Translations under genes and position numbers: made by a program | Shown: one piece after another, positions 49,968-60,027 of the stretch | Layout of the letters: each line of letters begins with the position of its first letter | How positions within the stretch are numbered: position 1 is the stretch's first letter | Assembly: GCA_900753975.1 (NCBI GenBank) | Contig: CAAEBC010000038.1 | Location: 268 to 64,267, forward strand | DNA: 64,000 bases | From: Clostridia bacterium | GTDB lineage: Bacteria > Bacillota > Clostridia > TANB77 > UBA1234 | Reading direction: 5' to 3' | Notes under the pieces: generated by a model | Database searches by the model: none | What the model was told of the DNA's origin: nothing | What the model saw: only the letters and a program-made list of their open reading frames with translations

Positions 49968-50022
49968 TTTGACATTAGTAAAATTCTTGCTAAAGCCTAT
50001 TGTTTAAAATCTTTAAATTATA

Positions 50023-50101
50023 ATTTTTGAGAGTATAAAATAAAGTGCGTAAGTTGAAAACGGTCAAACTTATGCACTTTATTTTATACTCTCAAAAATT
50101 G
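50023..50101. repeat. Long near-perfect inverted repeat (arms of about 34 bp, 10-nt loop)
   Basis: AATTTTTGAGAGTATAAAATAAAGTGCGTAAGTT - GAAAACGGTC - AAACTTATGCACTTTATTTTATACTCTCAAAAATT. The single mismatch is a G-U pair on the + strand. Confidence 0.7.
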
Positions 50102-50164
50102 CGACAAAAAAGTTTTGTCATACCCTTTCACCATTTTTAAAGTCTGACGTAAAGGTGCAAGTCT

Positions 50165-51892
50165 CTAACTTTTTTTACTTTCAAGGACTTTTTTTAGTTC
50201 TTCAAATCTTTTTATTTTTTGTGTGGATGTTTTTATAAGTGGCTCTGTTGTAAGTGTCATGTCTTTTATGTATTTGTACATTGGTAGTGTTTTGTTTATG
50301 ACTTTTATTTTGTTCCAAAGTAAGGTGTGAAGTTCTTCTTCGCTCATGTCTGGATGTTTTGATTTTATATTTTTTTCGTCGTAGACAATTTTTACTGCAA
50401 TTTTAACATCGTTTTTGTCGTTATCTTCTGGAAGTCCATAAATAAATGATTCTTCAACTTCTTCTAAGTTATTTACAAGTAGTTCTAGTTCTTCTGGAAA
50501 TACTTTTTTACCGTTTTTCAAAACTATCATGTCTTTTTTTCTGCCGGTGATGAATAGAAATCCATCTTTATCAATATATCCTAGGTCGCCTGTGTGGAAC
50601 CAGCTATCTTTTATAACGGTGTCTGTTAGTGCTTTATCGTTATAGTATCCAAGCATTACGTTAGGTCCTTTGGCTGTTATTTCACCAATTCCAGAGGTAT
50701 CTTTGTCTACAATTTGTATTTCTATATCTTGCATAGGTTTTCCTACTGAACCTGCACGACGTTCATAGCTGTTTTCGGCAGCGATTACAGGAGAGGTTTC
50801 TGTTAGGCCATATCCTTGAACAAGGTATATGCCAATGCTATTAAACCAATTCGATATTTTTTTATCTAACGGTGCGCCACCAGAGATTATAAATCTCATG
50901 CTTCCACCAAGTGCATCTATTAGTGGCTTGAATAGTTTTCTACGTATATCGATATGTAGTTTTAAAAGAAAATTGCTTAAACCTATTAAAAAGTTAACTA
51001 GTTTAAGTTTTTTTCTTTTTTCTAATTCTTTTTGAACTGTAGAATACATTTTTTCAATTAGGATTGGGACCCCAACAAATACGGAAACTTTATATTCTGC
51101 TAAGTTTTGTTTTATGTATCTTAGTCCATCTGGAAAAACTGTTTTCATACCTGAAGCAAGCATAACTAACATACCGGTAGAACCGAAGATGTGATGGAAT
51201 GGTAAGAAGGCTATGTTTACATCTGTATCGTAAAATACTTCTACAAGTTGCATATCGTATATGTTTGTAGCTATTCCGTTTTGGTTAAGCATAACGGCTT
51301 TAGATAGAGAAGTTGTACCTGATGTAAAAAGAAGTATGCTCATTTTGTGTGGGTCAATTTTAGCATTTATATAGTCTTTATTTCCTTTTTCTATTTCTCT
51401 TTTCCCGTCAGCTAGTAAGTCGTAAAAGTATAGATATTCTGGCATTTTTTCTGTGCATATATAATATTTAATTTTTGTTTTTCCGTTTTTAATTATTTCT
51501 TTCATTACTTCTTCTAATTTGTGGTCGAATACTATTGCTTCGACTTCACTTCTTACAAGAGAATTTTCTAGCTCTCCAATTTGAAGTCCTTTATCTAAAG
51601 GTACAGAAACGATATTACCTAGAAGATTACTTAAGTGGGCAACAGCCCATTCGTAGCAATTGTATCCAATTACTGCAACTCTTTTATTTTTTAAACCTAG
51701 TTTGTATAGAGATGTTCCAAAAGCATTTATATCATTTAGTAAATCAGTGTAAGTGTGATTTATATATTCTGTTTCATTATGTGTATTTTTTATTTTAGTT
51801 GTGAATGCTATATTGTTTGGATATAGTTTAGCAGAGTTATATATAAGTTGTTTTATATCTCTAAACCTCTTAAAACTTTTATTATTATTCAT
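50165..51892 (-). CDS. AMP-binding long-chain fatty acid--CoA ligase-like enzyme (paralog of 7447-9120)
   Basis: Motifs FTSGTTSLSKAVML, GYGLTETSP, TGDLGYIDKDGFLFITGRKKD. AAGGAG RBS. Confidence 0.85.
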   Translation of the reverse strand: MNNNKSFKRFRDIKQLIYNSAKLYPNNIAFTTKIKNTHNETEYINHTYTDLLNDINAFGTSLYKLGLKNKRVAVIGYNCYEWAVAHLSNLLGNIVSVPLDKGLQIGELENSLVRSEVEAIVFDHKLEEVMKEIIKNGKTKIKYYICTEKMPEYLYFYDLLADGKREIEKGNKDYINAKIDPHKMSILLFTSGTTSLSKAVMLNQNGIATNIYDMQLVEVFYDTDVNIAFLPFHHIFGSTGMLVMLASGMKTVFPDGLRYIKQNLAEYKVSVFVGVPILIEKMYSTVQKELEKRKKLKLVNFLIGLSNFLLKLHIDIRRKLFKPLIDALGGSMRFIISGGAPLDKKISNWFNSIGIYLVQGYGLTETSPVIAAENSYERRAGSVGKPMQDIEIQIVDKDTSGIGEITAKGPNVMLGYYNDKALTDTVIKDSWFHTGDLGYIDKDGFLFITGRKKDMIVLKNGKKVFPEELELLVNNLEEVEESFIYGLPEDNDKNDVKIAVKIVYDEKNIKSKHPDMSEEELHTLLWNKIKVINKTLPMYKYIKDMTLTTEPLIKTSTQKIKRFEELKKVLESKKS

Positions 51893-52124
51893 TATAAATC
51901 TCCTTAAATTTATATTTTTAATATCTAGTATTCAAGACCATTATATCTTGTCTTGATGTGCAAGTCAAGTTTTTGGAAAATTGAGTACTTACAAGTTTTT
52001 ATGGATTATGATGAATTACATAATATCAAAGTATTAGCAATTTTTCCTTGAATAATCGCTATTTTTGCTATACAATTATATCGAACGTTTACTAAGCTAT
52101 TTTAAGTAGCGGAAAGGAATTAGA

Positions 52125-53810
52125 ATGAATAAAAAATGGGAGTATATTGGAGTAGATGATGAAAAGGTAAAAGATATTGCATTTAATCATAATATTTCAG
52201 AAATTATTGCTAGAGTTTTGTTAAATAGGGGAATATGCGAGGCAGAAGAGATTGATAAATTTTTACATCCAAAGTTAGAAAATTTGCATGATCCTTTTTT
52301 ACTAAATGATATGGGAATTGCAGTTGATAAAATTATTGAATGCATGAATAAAAAAGAAAAAATTACGATTTATGGTGATTATGATGTTGATGGTATAACG
52401 AGCATTGCAACACTTTCTAAGTTCTTGACGGAGCTTGGTGTAGAAAATGATTATTATTTACCAAACCGTTTGGACGAAGGATATGGATTAAATAATAATG
52501 CTTTGGATAAAATTGCAAAAGGCGGCACAAAGCTTTTGATTACAGTTGACTGTGGTATTTCTGCTTATGAAGAAATTGAGTATGCAAAAAAACTTGGCTT
52601 AGAAGTAATTGTTACAGACCATCATGAATGTCCAGAAAAAATACCAGAAGCACTTGCAGTTATTGACCCCAAACGTGAAGATTCTACTTATCCATTTTCT
52701 TCACTTGCAGGAGTAGGAGTTACTTTTAAATTAATACATGCTATTTCTATAAAGCTTTCTTTAGATAGAAAAAGATATCTTAAATATTTAGATATAGTAT
52801 GTCTTGGAACTGTAGCAGATATTGTTCCACTTGTTGATGAAAATAGGATTATAGTTAGTTTTGGACTTATGCTCGTCCGTGAAACAAGAAATATAGGCCT
52901 TAGAGCTTTGATAGAAATTACAGGATATACTGCGATAGATTCTACAGCGATATCTTTTGGAATTGCGCCAAGAATAAATGCTTGTGGAAGAATGGGAGAG
53001 GCTGAGATAGCTCTTAAATTATTGCTTACTGCTTCACCAGAAGAGGCAAAAGAGATAGCAAACAAGCTAAATCTTTTAAATAAAGAACGTCAAGAAGTTG
53101 AAAAGAGTATAATTAATGAAGCTATAGAAATGATAGAAAGGGACAAGCTTTATAATAAGGACATTATAATTGTTGGAAGCAAGAACTGGCATCATGGTGT
53201 TATTGGAATTGTTGCTTCAAAGATTACAGAGCTTTATTATAAACCATCTGTGTTAATATCTTTTGAGGATGGCATAGGAAAAGGTTCTGGCAGAAGTATT
53301 GAAGGTTTTGATTTGCATGAAGCTCTTACGAAATGTGGAGATTATTTAGAAAAGTTTGGTGGTCATGAAATGGCAATTGGACTAACTTTGAAAGAGGAAA
53401 ATTTTAATGCTTTTAAAACTAAACTTGAAGAAATTACATCTGAAACGATTGATAAAGAGGCTGTTCCAAGCATTAAGGTTGATGCAATTATTGAACCAAA
53501 GAGTATAAATATGGACATCTTTGCTTCGATGAAACTTTTAGAACCTTATGGCGAAAGTAATTCTTCTCCACTTTTTGTTTCTAAAAATTTAAAAGTAGAA
53601 AGTGTTAGACTTCTTTCAAATGATAAACACATAAAACTTACATTAAGAGATGGTAACATTTTGCTTAGTGCAATAGGCTTTAATCTAGGAGATAAAGTAG
53701 TTAGACTTGGAGACAAGATTGATTTAGTCTATGCACTTGAAATTAATAAATATAACAATACTGAAACTATACAATTAAATGTTAAGGATATAAAAAAGAG
53801 TTTAAATTAA
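52125..53810 (+). CDS. recJ: Single-stranded-DNA-specific exonuclease RecJ
   Basis: DHH motifs (IYGDYDVDGITS, VTDHH) and a DHHA1 domain (GGHEMAIG). Confidence 0.93.
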   Translation: MNKKWEYIGVDDEKVKDIAFNHNISEIIARVLLNRGICEAEEIDKFLHPKLENLHDPFLLNDMGIAVDKIIECMNKKEKITIYGDYDVDGITSIATLSKFLTELGVENDYYLPNRLDEGYGLNNNALDKIAKGGTKLLITVDCGISAYEEIEYAKKLGLEVIVTDHHECPEKIPEALAVIDPKREDSTYPFSSLAGVGVTFKLIHAISIKLSLDRKRYLKYLDIVCLGTVADIVPLVDENRIIVSFGLMLVRETRNIGLRALIEITGYTAIDSTAISFGIAPRINACGRMGEAEIALKLLLTASPEEAKEIANKLNLLNKERQEVEKSIINEAIEMIERDKLYNKDIIIVGSKNWHHGVIGIVASKITELYYKPSVLISFEDGIGKGSGRSIEGFDLHEALTKCGDYLEKFGGHEMAIGLTLKEENFNAFKTKLEEITSETIDKEAVPSIKVDAIIEPKSINMDIFASMKLLEPYGESNSSPLFVSKNLKVESVRLLSNDKHIKLTLRDGNILLSAIGFNLGDKVVRLGDKIDLVYALEINKYNNTETIQLNVKDIKKSLN

Positions 53811-53825
53811 AGAGAAGGTGAGTTA

Positions 53826-55997
53826 ATGGCAACTATAGATGATATTATTTCAAAAACGAAAAAGTATAACAGAAAGTCTGATACAAAATTAATTATGCGT
53901 GCATACAATTATGCCAAAAGTGCACATGATGGACAACTTAGAAAATCTGGCGAGCCATATATTATACATCCTGTTGAAGTAGCATATATTGTATCTACAC
54001 TTGAGCTTGATGACTATGCAATTTGTGCTGCACTTCTTCATGATGTTGTAGAAGATACATCTGTAACTTTGGAAGATATAAAGACCGAGTTTGGGCCAGA
54101 AATAGCAGAGCTTGTTGATGGTGTAACAAAACTTGGAAAAATTATTTCTTATTTTGATAAAGAAGAAGAACAAGTTGAAAATTATAGAAAATTCTTTATG
54201 GCGATGGCAAAAGATATTAGAGTTTTGATGATAAAACTTGCTGATAGACTTCATAATATGCGTACTTTGAAACATCTTAGTGATGAGAGAAAAACTGCTA
54301 TTGCAAAAGAAACTTTGCAACTTTATGCACCACTTGCTAATAGGCTTGGTATATATTCTATAAAATGGGAACTAGAAGATTTAAGTTTCTTATACTTAGA
54401 GCCAGAGGCATATGCGGAGCTTGTTGATGGAATTAAATCTAAAAGAGATGAACGTGAAAAGTTTATAAATGAAATCATAGTGGAAATAAGAAAAAAACTT
54501 AAAGAAATGCGAATCGAAGCCGAAGTTTATGGACGTCCAAAACATTTTTATAGTATTTATAGAAAAATGCAAAATGGCAATAAAACTTTAGACCAAATCT
54601 ATGATTTGTTTGCTATGAGAATTATTGTTAATTCTATAAAGGATTGTTATGCAGCACTTGGACTTGTGCATGAGCTTTATAAGCCAATGCCTGGAAGATT
54701 TAAAGATTATATTGCTATGCCAAAACCAAATATGTATCAATCACTACACACGACCCTTATTGGTACAGGTGGCATACCTTTTGAAGTACAAATTAGAACT
54801 TGGGATATGCACAGGGTTGCTGAATATGGTATTGCTGCACACTGGGCTTATAAAGAAGGAAAAAATATTACGGCAGCTGATGAAAAATTATCTTGGCTTC
54901 GCGAAACGCTAGAGTGGCAAAAGGATACAAACGATGAGCATGACTTTTTAAATAAATTAAAAGGTGATTTATTTGAAGATGAAGTTTTTGTATTTACTCC
55001 TAAGGGAGATATAAAGTCTTTACCTGCAGGTAGTACACCAATTGATTTAGCTTACCAAATCCATGAGCAAGTTGGCCATAAAATGATTGGTGCTAAGGTA
55101 AATAGCAAAATGGTTCCAATAACGACAAAGCTTGCAAATGGTGATATAGTTGAGATTATTACTTCAGATAATTCTAAAGGACCTAGTAGAGATTGGCTTA
55201 AAATTGTAAAAACTGTACAAGCTAGAAATAAAATTCAAAACTGGTTTAAAAAAGCTCAAAAAGAAGAAAATATTGTTAAAGGTAAAGAGTCTATTGAAAA
55301 AGAATTGAAAAGAATTGGTATGTCTTTTGCTGATTTGTTTAAAACAGATTGGGTTGAAAAGACTTTAGCAAGATATAAATATAATACCCTAGAAGATTGT
55401 TATGCTGCGATTGGTTTTGGTGCCATTTCACCACAGAAAATTATAACAAGGCTTTTGGAAGAATATAAGAAAGAAAATAAAGAAGAAGAGATTGAAAAGA
55501 AATTAGAAGAACTAAGAGAAGCTAAAATTGCACCAAAGAGCAAACCGTCGAAGACAGGCATTATAGTTAAGGGGATAGATAATTGTTTGGTAAAACTATC
55601 AAGATGTTGTAATCCACTTCCTGGTGATGAGATAATAGGTTATATCACAAAAGGTAGAGGAGTTTCTGTTCATAGAGCAGACTGTGTAAATTGCAAAAAT
55701 CTTGTTACGGATGAACAAAGACTTATTGATGTTGAGTGGGTTAAAGAAACATCTGCATCTTATATTGCAGAACTTGAAATTTACGCAAATGACAGAAATG
55801 CTTTACTTGCAGATATAACGGCTGTTGCAAACGATTTGAAGATTACACTTATGTCTATAAATGCTCGTAGTGTAAATAATAATCGTGTAGCTGTTATCAC
55901 ACTTGGAGTTGAAGTTTCTGATACAGATAAATTAAATAAGCTTATTAAAGGTATTAGAAAAGTTGACTCTGTTTATGATGTTCATAGACAAAAATAG
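53826..55997 (+). CDS. relA: Bifunctional (p)ppGpp synthetase/hydrolase (RelA/SpoT homolog)
   Basis: HD domain (HPVEVA...LLHDVVEDT), synthetase domain (YRKFFMAMAKDIRV... / YQSLHTT), and TGS and ACT C-terminal domains. Confidence 0.95.
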   Translation: MATIDDIISKTKKYNRKSDTKLIMRAYNYAKSAHDGQLRKSGEPYIIHPVEVAYIVSTLELDDYAICAALLHDVVEDTSVTLEDIKTEFGPEIAELVDGVTKLGKIISYFDKEEEQVENYRKFFMAMAKDIRVLMIKLADRLHNMRTLKHLSDERKTAIAKETLQLYAPLANRLGIYSIKWELEDLSFLYLEPEAYAELVDGIKSKRDEREKFINEIIVEIRKKLKEMRIEAEVYGRPKHFYSIYRKMQNGNKTLDQIYDLFAMRIIVNSIKDCYAALGLVHELYKPMPGRFKDYIAMPKPNMYQSLHTTLIGTGGIPFEVQIRTWDMHRVAEYGIAAHWAYKEGKNITAADEKLSWLRETLEWQKDTNDEHDFLNKLKGDLFEDEVFVFTPKGDIKSLPAGSTPIDLAYQIHEQVGHKMIGAKVNSKMVPITTKLANGDIVEIITSDNSKGPSRDWLKIVKTVQARNKIQNWFKKAQKEENIVKGKESIEKELKRIGMSFADLFKTDWVEKTLARYKYNTLEDCYAAIGFGAISPQKIITRLLEEYKKENKEEEIEKKLEELREAKIAPKSKPSKTGIIVKGIDNCLVKLSRCCNPLPGDEIIGYITKGRGVSVHRADCVNCKNLVTDEQRLIDVEWVKETSASYIAELEIYANDRNALLADITAVANDLKITLMSINARSVNNNRVAVITLGVEVSDTDKLNKLIKGIRKVDSVYDVHRQK

Positions 55998-56027
55998 GTG
56001 TGTTATTTTAGAAAGGATATGAATATA

Positions 56028-56651
56028 ATGTTACTAAAGATGTTTAGAGAAATGGTAGTAAACATGAACATATACACAAATGTTTATGTTGTTGCTGATG
56101 AGACCACTAAGGAAGGAATTGTTATTGATCCAGGTGGTGCTATAGATAAGATATATAATTATATTGAAAATATGCAAATAAAATTGAAGTATATCATACT
56201 TACACATTGTCATGCTGATCATACTGCTGGGCTTGTGAAGCTTAATAAATATTATCCGAATGCTAAAATTTTAATACACGAAGATGATAGCGAAGGCTTA
56301 ACTAAACCAAGCATAAATATGTGTGAAACTGTTGGCGTTCCTAATAATTATCTTGCTGCGGATGTAATTTTAAAAGATGGTGATGAGGTTAATTTTGGTA
56401 ATTTAAAAGCTAAAATTATTCATACACCAGGTCATACAAAAGGTAGTATTAGCATATTAATTAATGATGCTGTATTTACTGGAGATACACTTTTTAAACG
56501 TCTATATGGCAGAACAGATTTGCCTACTGGAAGCGAAGAAGATATGATGGCATCTATAAAAGCTTTGCTAACTCTTGACGGAAACACTATTATATATCCT
56601 GGACATGGGGCTATTAGCATAGTACGAGAGGAAAGGGAACATTATAATTAA
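56028..56651 (+). CDS. MBL-fold metallo-hydrolase (glyoxalase II-like)
   Basis: Motifs THCHADHTAG and HTPGHTKGS. Start chosen at ATG 56028 (GAAAGGA RBS 10 nt upstream); the start is uncertain. Confidence 0.8.
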   Translation: MLLKMFREMVVNMNIYTNVYVVADETTKEGIVIDPGGAIDKIYNYIENMQIKLKYIILTHCHADHTAGLVKLNKYYPNAKILIHEDDSEGLTKPSINMCETVGVPNNYLAADVILKDGDEVNFGNLKAKIIHTPGHTKGSISILINDAVFTGDTLFKRLYGRTDLPTGSEEDMMASIKALLTLDGNTIIYPGHGAISIVREEREHYN

Positions 56652-56668
56652 AAAAAGTGTTTTTTCTC

Positions 56669-56697
56669 TTGCAATGGAGAAAAATATAGGTTATAAT
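56669..56697 (+). promoter_or_regulatory. Sigma-A promoter for the tRNA pair
   Basis: TTGCAA, 17-nt spacer, TATAAT, about 20 nt upstream of tRNA-Leu. Confidence 0.6.
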
Positions 56698-56718
56698 TAC
56701 GAAGTAACGTTTTGGTAT

Positions 56719-56801
56719 GCCCGAGTGGCGGAATTGGCAGACGCACACGACTCAAAATCGTGCGGGAAACCGTGCGGGTTCAAGTCCCGCCTTGGGCACC
56801 A
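56719..56801 (+). tRNA. tRNA-Leu (anticodon CAA), class II with a long variable arm and encoded CCA
   Basis: Acceptor GCCCGAG/CTTGGGC. Anticodon arm CACGA-CTCAAAA-TCGTG. T arm GCGGG-TTCAAGT-CCCGC. 3' ACCA. Confidence 0.9.
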
Positions 56802-56821
56802 AGTTTACTTTATTTTAATAC

Positions 56822-56895
56822 GGCGACATAGCCAAGTGGTAAGGCACGGCTCTGCAAAAGCCTGATCATCGGTTCAAATCCGATTGTCGCCTCCA
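56822..56895 (+). tRNA. tRNA-Cys (anticodon GCA), U73 discriminator, encoded CCA
   Basis: Acceptor GGCGACA/TGTCGCC. Anticodon loop CTGCAAA. T arm ATCGG-TTCAAAT-CCGAT. 3' TCCA. Confidence 0.88.
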
Positions 56896-56900
56896 AATTA

Positions 56901-56953
56901 AAACAACCTTGAAAGTTGCTTAAAAAGCAATACTTTCAAGGTTGTTTGTTTTT
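56901..56953 (+). terminator. Rho-independent terminator after the tRNAs
   Basis: Stem AAACAACCTTGAAAGT/ACTTTCAAGGTTGTTT followed by GTTTTT. Confidence 0.8.
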
Positions 56954-57029
56954 GATTTTAATTCAATTGAGATTTTATAGATTCTAAATATTTATTTAAT
57001 CTATTTTCTTTAAAATGATTAAATGATTC

Positions 57030-57105
57030 AATTGAGACGGACTTGCAATTATGTAGGTCCGTCCCTTTTTCTCGAAAATGAGAATTTTCCTCCGTCCCTT
57101 TTTCT
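57030..57105 (+). repeat. GGGACGG-box repeat, copy C (76 nt)
   Basis: AATTGAGACGGACTTGCAATTATGTAGGTCCGTCCCTTTTTCTCGAAAATGAGAATTTTCCTCCGTCCCTTTTTCT. Differs from copy D at one position. Confidence 0.85.
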
Positions 57106-57137
57106 CGTTCGAAAGACATGAATATGTCATATTGGTA

Positions 57138-57166
57138 TTGAAATAGAAATTTTTTATTGCTATACT
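57138..57166 (+). promoter_or_regulatory. Sigma-A-type promoter of the SLH gene (implies a 5' UTR of about 210 nt)
   Basis: TTGAAA, 17-nt spacer, TATACT. Confidence 0.5.
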
Positions 57167-57381
57167 AAATTTGAGAGGAAAATAAAGGATATACATAACG
57201 AATATTGTGCAAAGTGAAAGGAAAGAGATTCATCGTAAATAAGGGGGAATTTATATGTTGTAGTATGGAATGGTGAAACATGATAAAGTAGAAAAAGTAA
57301 GAGGTTAAGTGCTTTGTGAATGTTTAAGTGGTTAAGTGAAGAGTATGAAATCAAAACATATGAAAAGAGGTTGAAAAATTT

Positions 57382-59802
57382 ATGAAAAATTTAAAAGTTA
57401 AAATAGCTTTGGCACTTTTATTAGTTATAATGTCTTTCAGTACTTGTTTTGCGGGTAATGAATTTAGTGATGTTGAAGGTACTGAATATGAAATACCGGT
57501 TAAAATACTAGAAAAGTTAGATATTATAGATTTATATCCTGATGGTACATATTTGCCAGATAATAATGTAACGCGAGCAGAACTAATAAAAATACTGATT
57601 AAAGCTTATGGTTTAGGAAATGCAGTTAAAGTCTCAAAAGGTGATACTATATTTAATGATGTTCCATCTAATTACTGGGCTAGTGGATATATAAATCTTG
57701 CATATGATTGGGATTTTTTAATAGAATCCGCAGATACAGATTTTAGACCAGATGCGACAAGTACGTATTCTGAGGCAGTAACATATGGTTTAAGAGTTTT
57801 AGGTTATGCTAAAGAGATTGATTCAAGGGGAACATGGCCAACAAACTATATAGCAAAAGCACAAAATCTTAAATTAATGAATGATATCGAGGCATATAAT
57901 TTTAATGATGGTGTGAAAAGGGGCAATCTTGCAATATTAATTTGGAATCTCATGAATACAAAAGTATGGGAGATTAAGGGCGAAACATCAGAGGGTCTTG
58001 TGTCAGCTCCTGGAAAAACATTGCTTGAAACTATATACCCGGAAAAGGTAGATGAAGTTAATGCACTTATAAAAGAGTTGTCAGAGATATTGCCAACAGA
58101 TATAACATTAAGTAAGACTAAAACTACCACATGTATTGGTGCTAATGGTGTAGACACTAAACTTCGTTGCTCGGTGTTAACAGTACCAACATTAACACCT
58201 GAAAATGTAACAGATAAAACAATAACATGGACAAGTAGTGATGATTCTATAGTAAGCATAAAGAATGGTTATATAATTGCTAAACAAAAAGGAAAAATTG
58301 TATTAACAGCTGAGACAGTAAATGGTTTAACTGCTAATTGTGATGTCGAAATTGTTGATCATCAATGCTTTACAAGTGATGAATTCAAGTACGATGCAGA
58401 CAGCCATTGGCAAATGAGAGTGTGTAGCTTGTGCTTAGACGATATAGAAAAGGTAAATGTAGAAAATCATACTTTTGTAAATGGAGTATGTAAGTGTGGA
58501 AAGAAAGAACCACGAGGTGCAATTTCTGCGATGAATTTCGAAACAGATATTATGAATTTAGAAATTGGAGATACAAAACAATTAAATCTGAAAATAACAC
58601 CAAGTAATGCAAGTGAGAAAATAAAATATACTAGTAGCGATGAAGATTATGTAACTGTTAATAGTACTGGAAAAATAAAGGCAATAAAAACTGGAAAAAT
58701 AGTAACTATAACAGCCAAATCTTCAAGTGGAAAAACTGCTACTTGTAAAGTAGTTGTTCCAAAGAGCATTGTAAGTAAAATGGTTCTTGGAAAATCTTTG
58801 GCTAAAGATGGATTAAATAGCAATGATATATGGGTAAGTAGTGATGAATCAGTAGTAACTTTTGAAGGAGAAAAATACGTAGCTAAGAAGCTTGGCAAAT
58901 GTAAGTTAACTGCTTATTTAAAGGATAATCCAGATATAGTAACAACTGAGATTGAAATTGAAGTCGTGGAAACACTTGGCTCTATGAGTATAGAAGTAAA
59001 AGGTGGAAAAAGTTATACTTTAGAAGTTGGAGAGAAAATTGATTTAGAAGCAGAAATAATATCAACTGTTGAAAACAACGATGGTTCTAGATATAAACTT
59101 ACTTGGAAAAGTAGTGATTCAAATATTGTTGCAGTTAAGGAAAACAATAGAAAAGCTAAATTAACTGCTAAAAATCCTGGAACTTGTAATGTTGTTGTAA
59201 GTTGTGAAGGTATGCAAACAACTATAAAAGTAAATGTTATAGATCCTAATGCTTTAGTAGAATATGATGACGTAAAAGAAGACGATTGGTTTGAAAAATC
59301 AGTTAAATATGTTACTAATAATAACTTAATGAATGGAATGGGAGAAAATCAATTTAGTCCGAAAAGTAATATGACTAGAGGAATGCTAGTAACAGTATTG
59401 TATAGAATGTCTAATAGTAGTTACAATGGCAAATCTACGTTTGTAGATGTAAGTGAGAGTGAGTATTATTCAACTGCTATTGCTTGGGCGGCAGAAAATA
59501 AAATTGTGAATGGAGTTGGAAATAATAGCTTTAATCCAAATGCGGAAGTAACAAGGGAACAATTGGTAGTAATTCTTTACAGATATGCCAAAACAATGAA
59601 AATAAATACTAATACAACTGAAAAATCTGACATTTCATCCTATGATGATTTTAATGAAATTTCTGAATATTCAGTTTCTGCATTTCAATGGGGATACGAA
59701 AGAAAGATTATATCTGGCAGAACATCTTCAACACTTGTTCCAAAGGGAACAGCATCAAGAGCTGAAGTTGCGACGATGCTTATGAGATTTAAGGAAAATT
59801 AG
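57382..59802 (+). CDS. Cell-wall-anchored surface protein with SLH domains at both ends and central Big_2 (Ig-like) repeats
   Basis: Signal peptide. SLH-like segments (FSDVEGTEYEIPV..., YDDVKEDDWFEKSV..., FVDVSESEYYSTAI..., YDDFNEISEYSVSAF...). Big_2-like TWTSSD/YTSSD/WKSSD repeats. Confidence 0.85.
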   Translation: MKNLKVKIALALLLVIMSFSTCFAGNEFSDVEGTEYEIPVKILEKLDIIDLYPDGTYLPDNNVTRAELIKILIKAYGLGNAVKVSKGDTIFNDVPSNYWASGYINLAYDWDFLIESADTDFRPDATSTYSEAVTYGLRVLGYAKEIDSRGTWPTNYIAKAQNLKLMNDIEAYNFNDGVKRGNLAILIWNLMNTKVWEIKGETSEGLVSAPGKTLLETIYPEKVDEVNALIKELSEILPTDITLSKTKTTTCIGANGVDTKLRCSVLTVPTLTPENVTDKTITWTSSDDSIVSIKNGYIIAKQKGKIVLTAETVNGLTANCDVEIVDHQCFTSDEFKYDADSHWQMRVCSLCLDDIEKVNVENHTFVNGVCKCGKKEPRGAISAMNFETDIMNLEIGDTKQLNLKITPSNASEKIKYTSSDEDYVTVNSTGKIKAIKTGKIVTITAKSSSGKTATCKVVVPKSIVSKMVLGKSLAKDGLNSNDIWVSSDESVVTFEGEKYVAKKLGKCKLTAYLKDNPDIVTTEIEIEVVETLGSMSIEVKGGKSYTLEVGEKIDLEAEIISTVENNDGSRYKLTWKSSDSNIVAVKENNRKAKLTAKNPGTCNVVVSCEGMQTTIKVNVIDPNALVEYDDVKEDDWFEKSVKYVTNNNLMNGMGENQFSPKSNMTRGMLVTVLYRMSNSSYNGKSTFVDVSESEYYSTAIAWAAENKIVNGVGNNSFNPNAEVTREQLVVILYRYAKTMKINTNTTEKSDISSYDDFNEISEYSVSAFQWGYERKIISGRTSSTLVPKGTASRAEVATMLMRFKEN

Positions 59803-59883
59803 TACTTGAAATGTTGAAAAAATACTTGTTATACAGTAAAGTTATAAATGTAAACGAAATAGACGGATAATTATAAATAATTG

Positions 59884-59959
59884 AATTGAGACGGACTTGC
59901 AATTATGTAGGTCCGTCCCTTTTTCTCAAAAATGAGAATTTTCCTCCGTCCCTTTTTCT
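59884..59959 (+). repeat. GGGACGG-box repeat, copy D (76 nt, direct repeat of copy C); its first hairpin plus T-run probably terminates the SLH gene
   Basis: Same 76-nt block as 57030-57105, with A instead of G at one position. Confidence 0.85.
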
Positions 59960-60027
59960 TACTTTTTCTTAAAAATGAATTTTTTATTAGGTAGCTGAAT
60001 ACATTTGAGATATGAGGTGATTTATAA

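Noticed and set aside
56674-56865. 63-aa + strand ORF listed in the ORF track.
   Set aside because: It is completely overlapped by tRNA-Leu and tRNA-Cys, and the tRNA cloverleaves explain the sequence.
59960-60027. A possible sigma-E-type sporulation promoter (GAATACAT) upstream of yqfC.
   Set aside because: It matches the CATACA-T -10 consensus only partially and I could not find a convincing -35. That is too weak to report as a feature.
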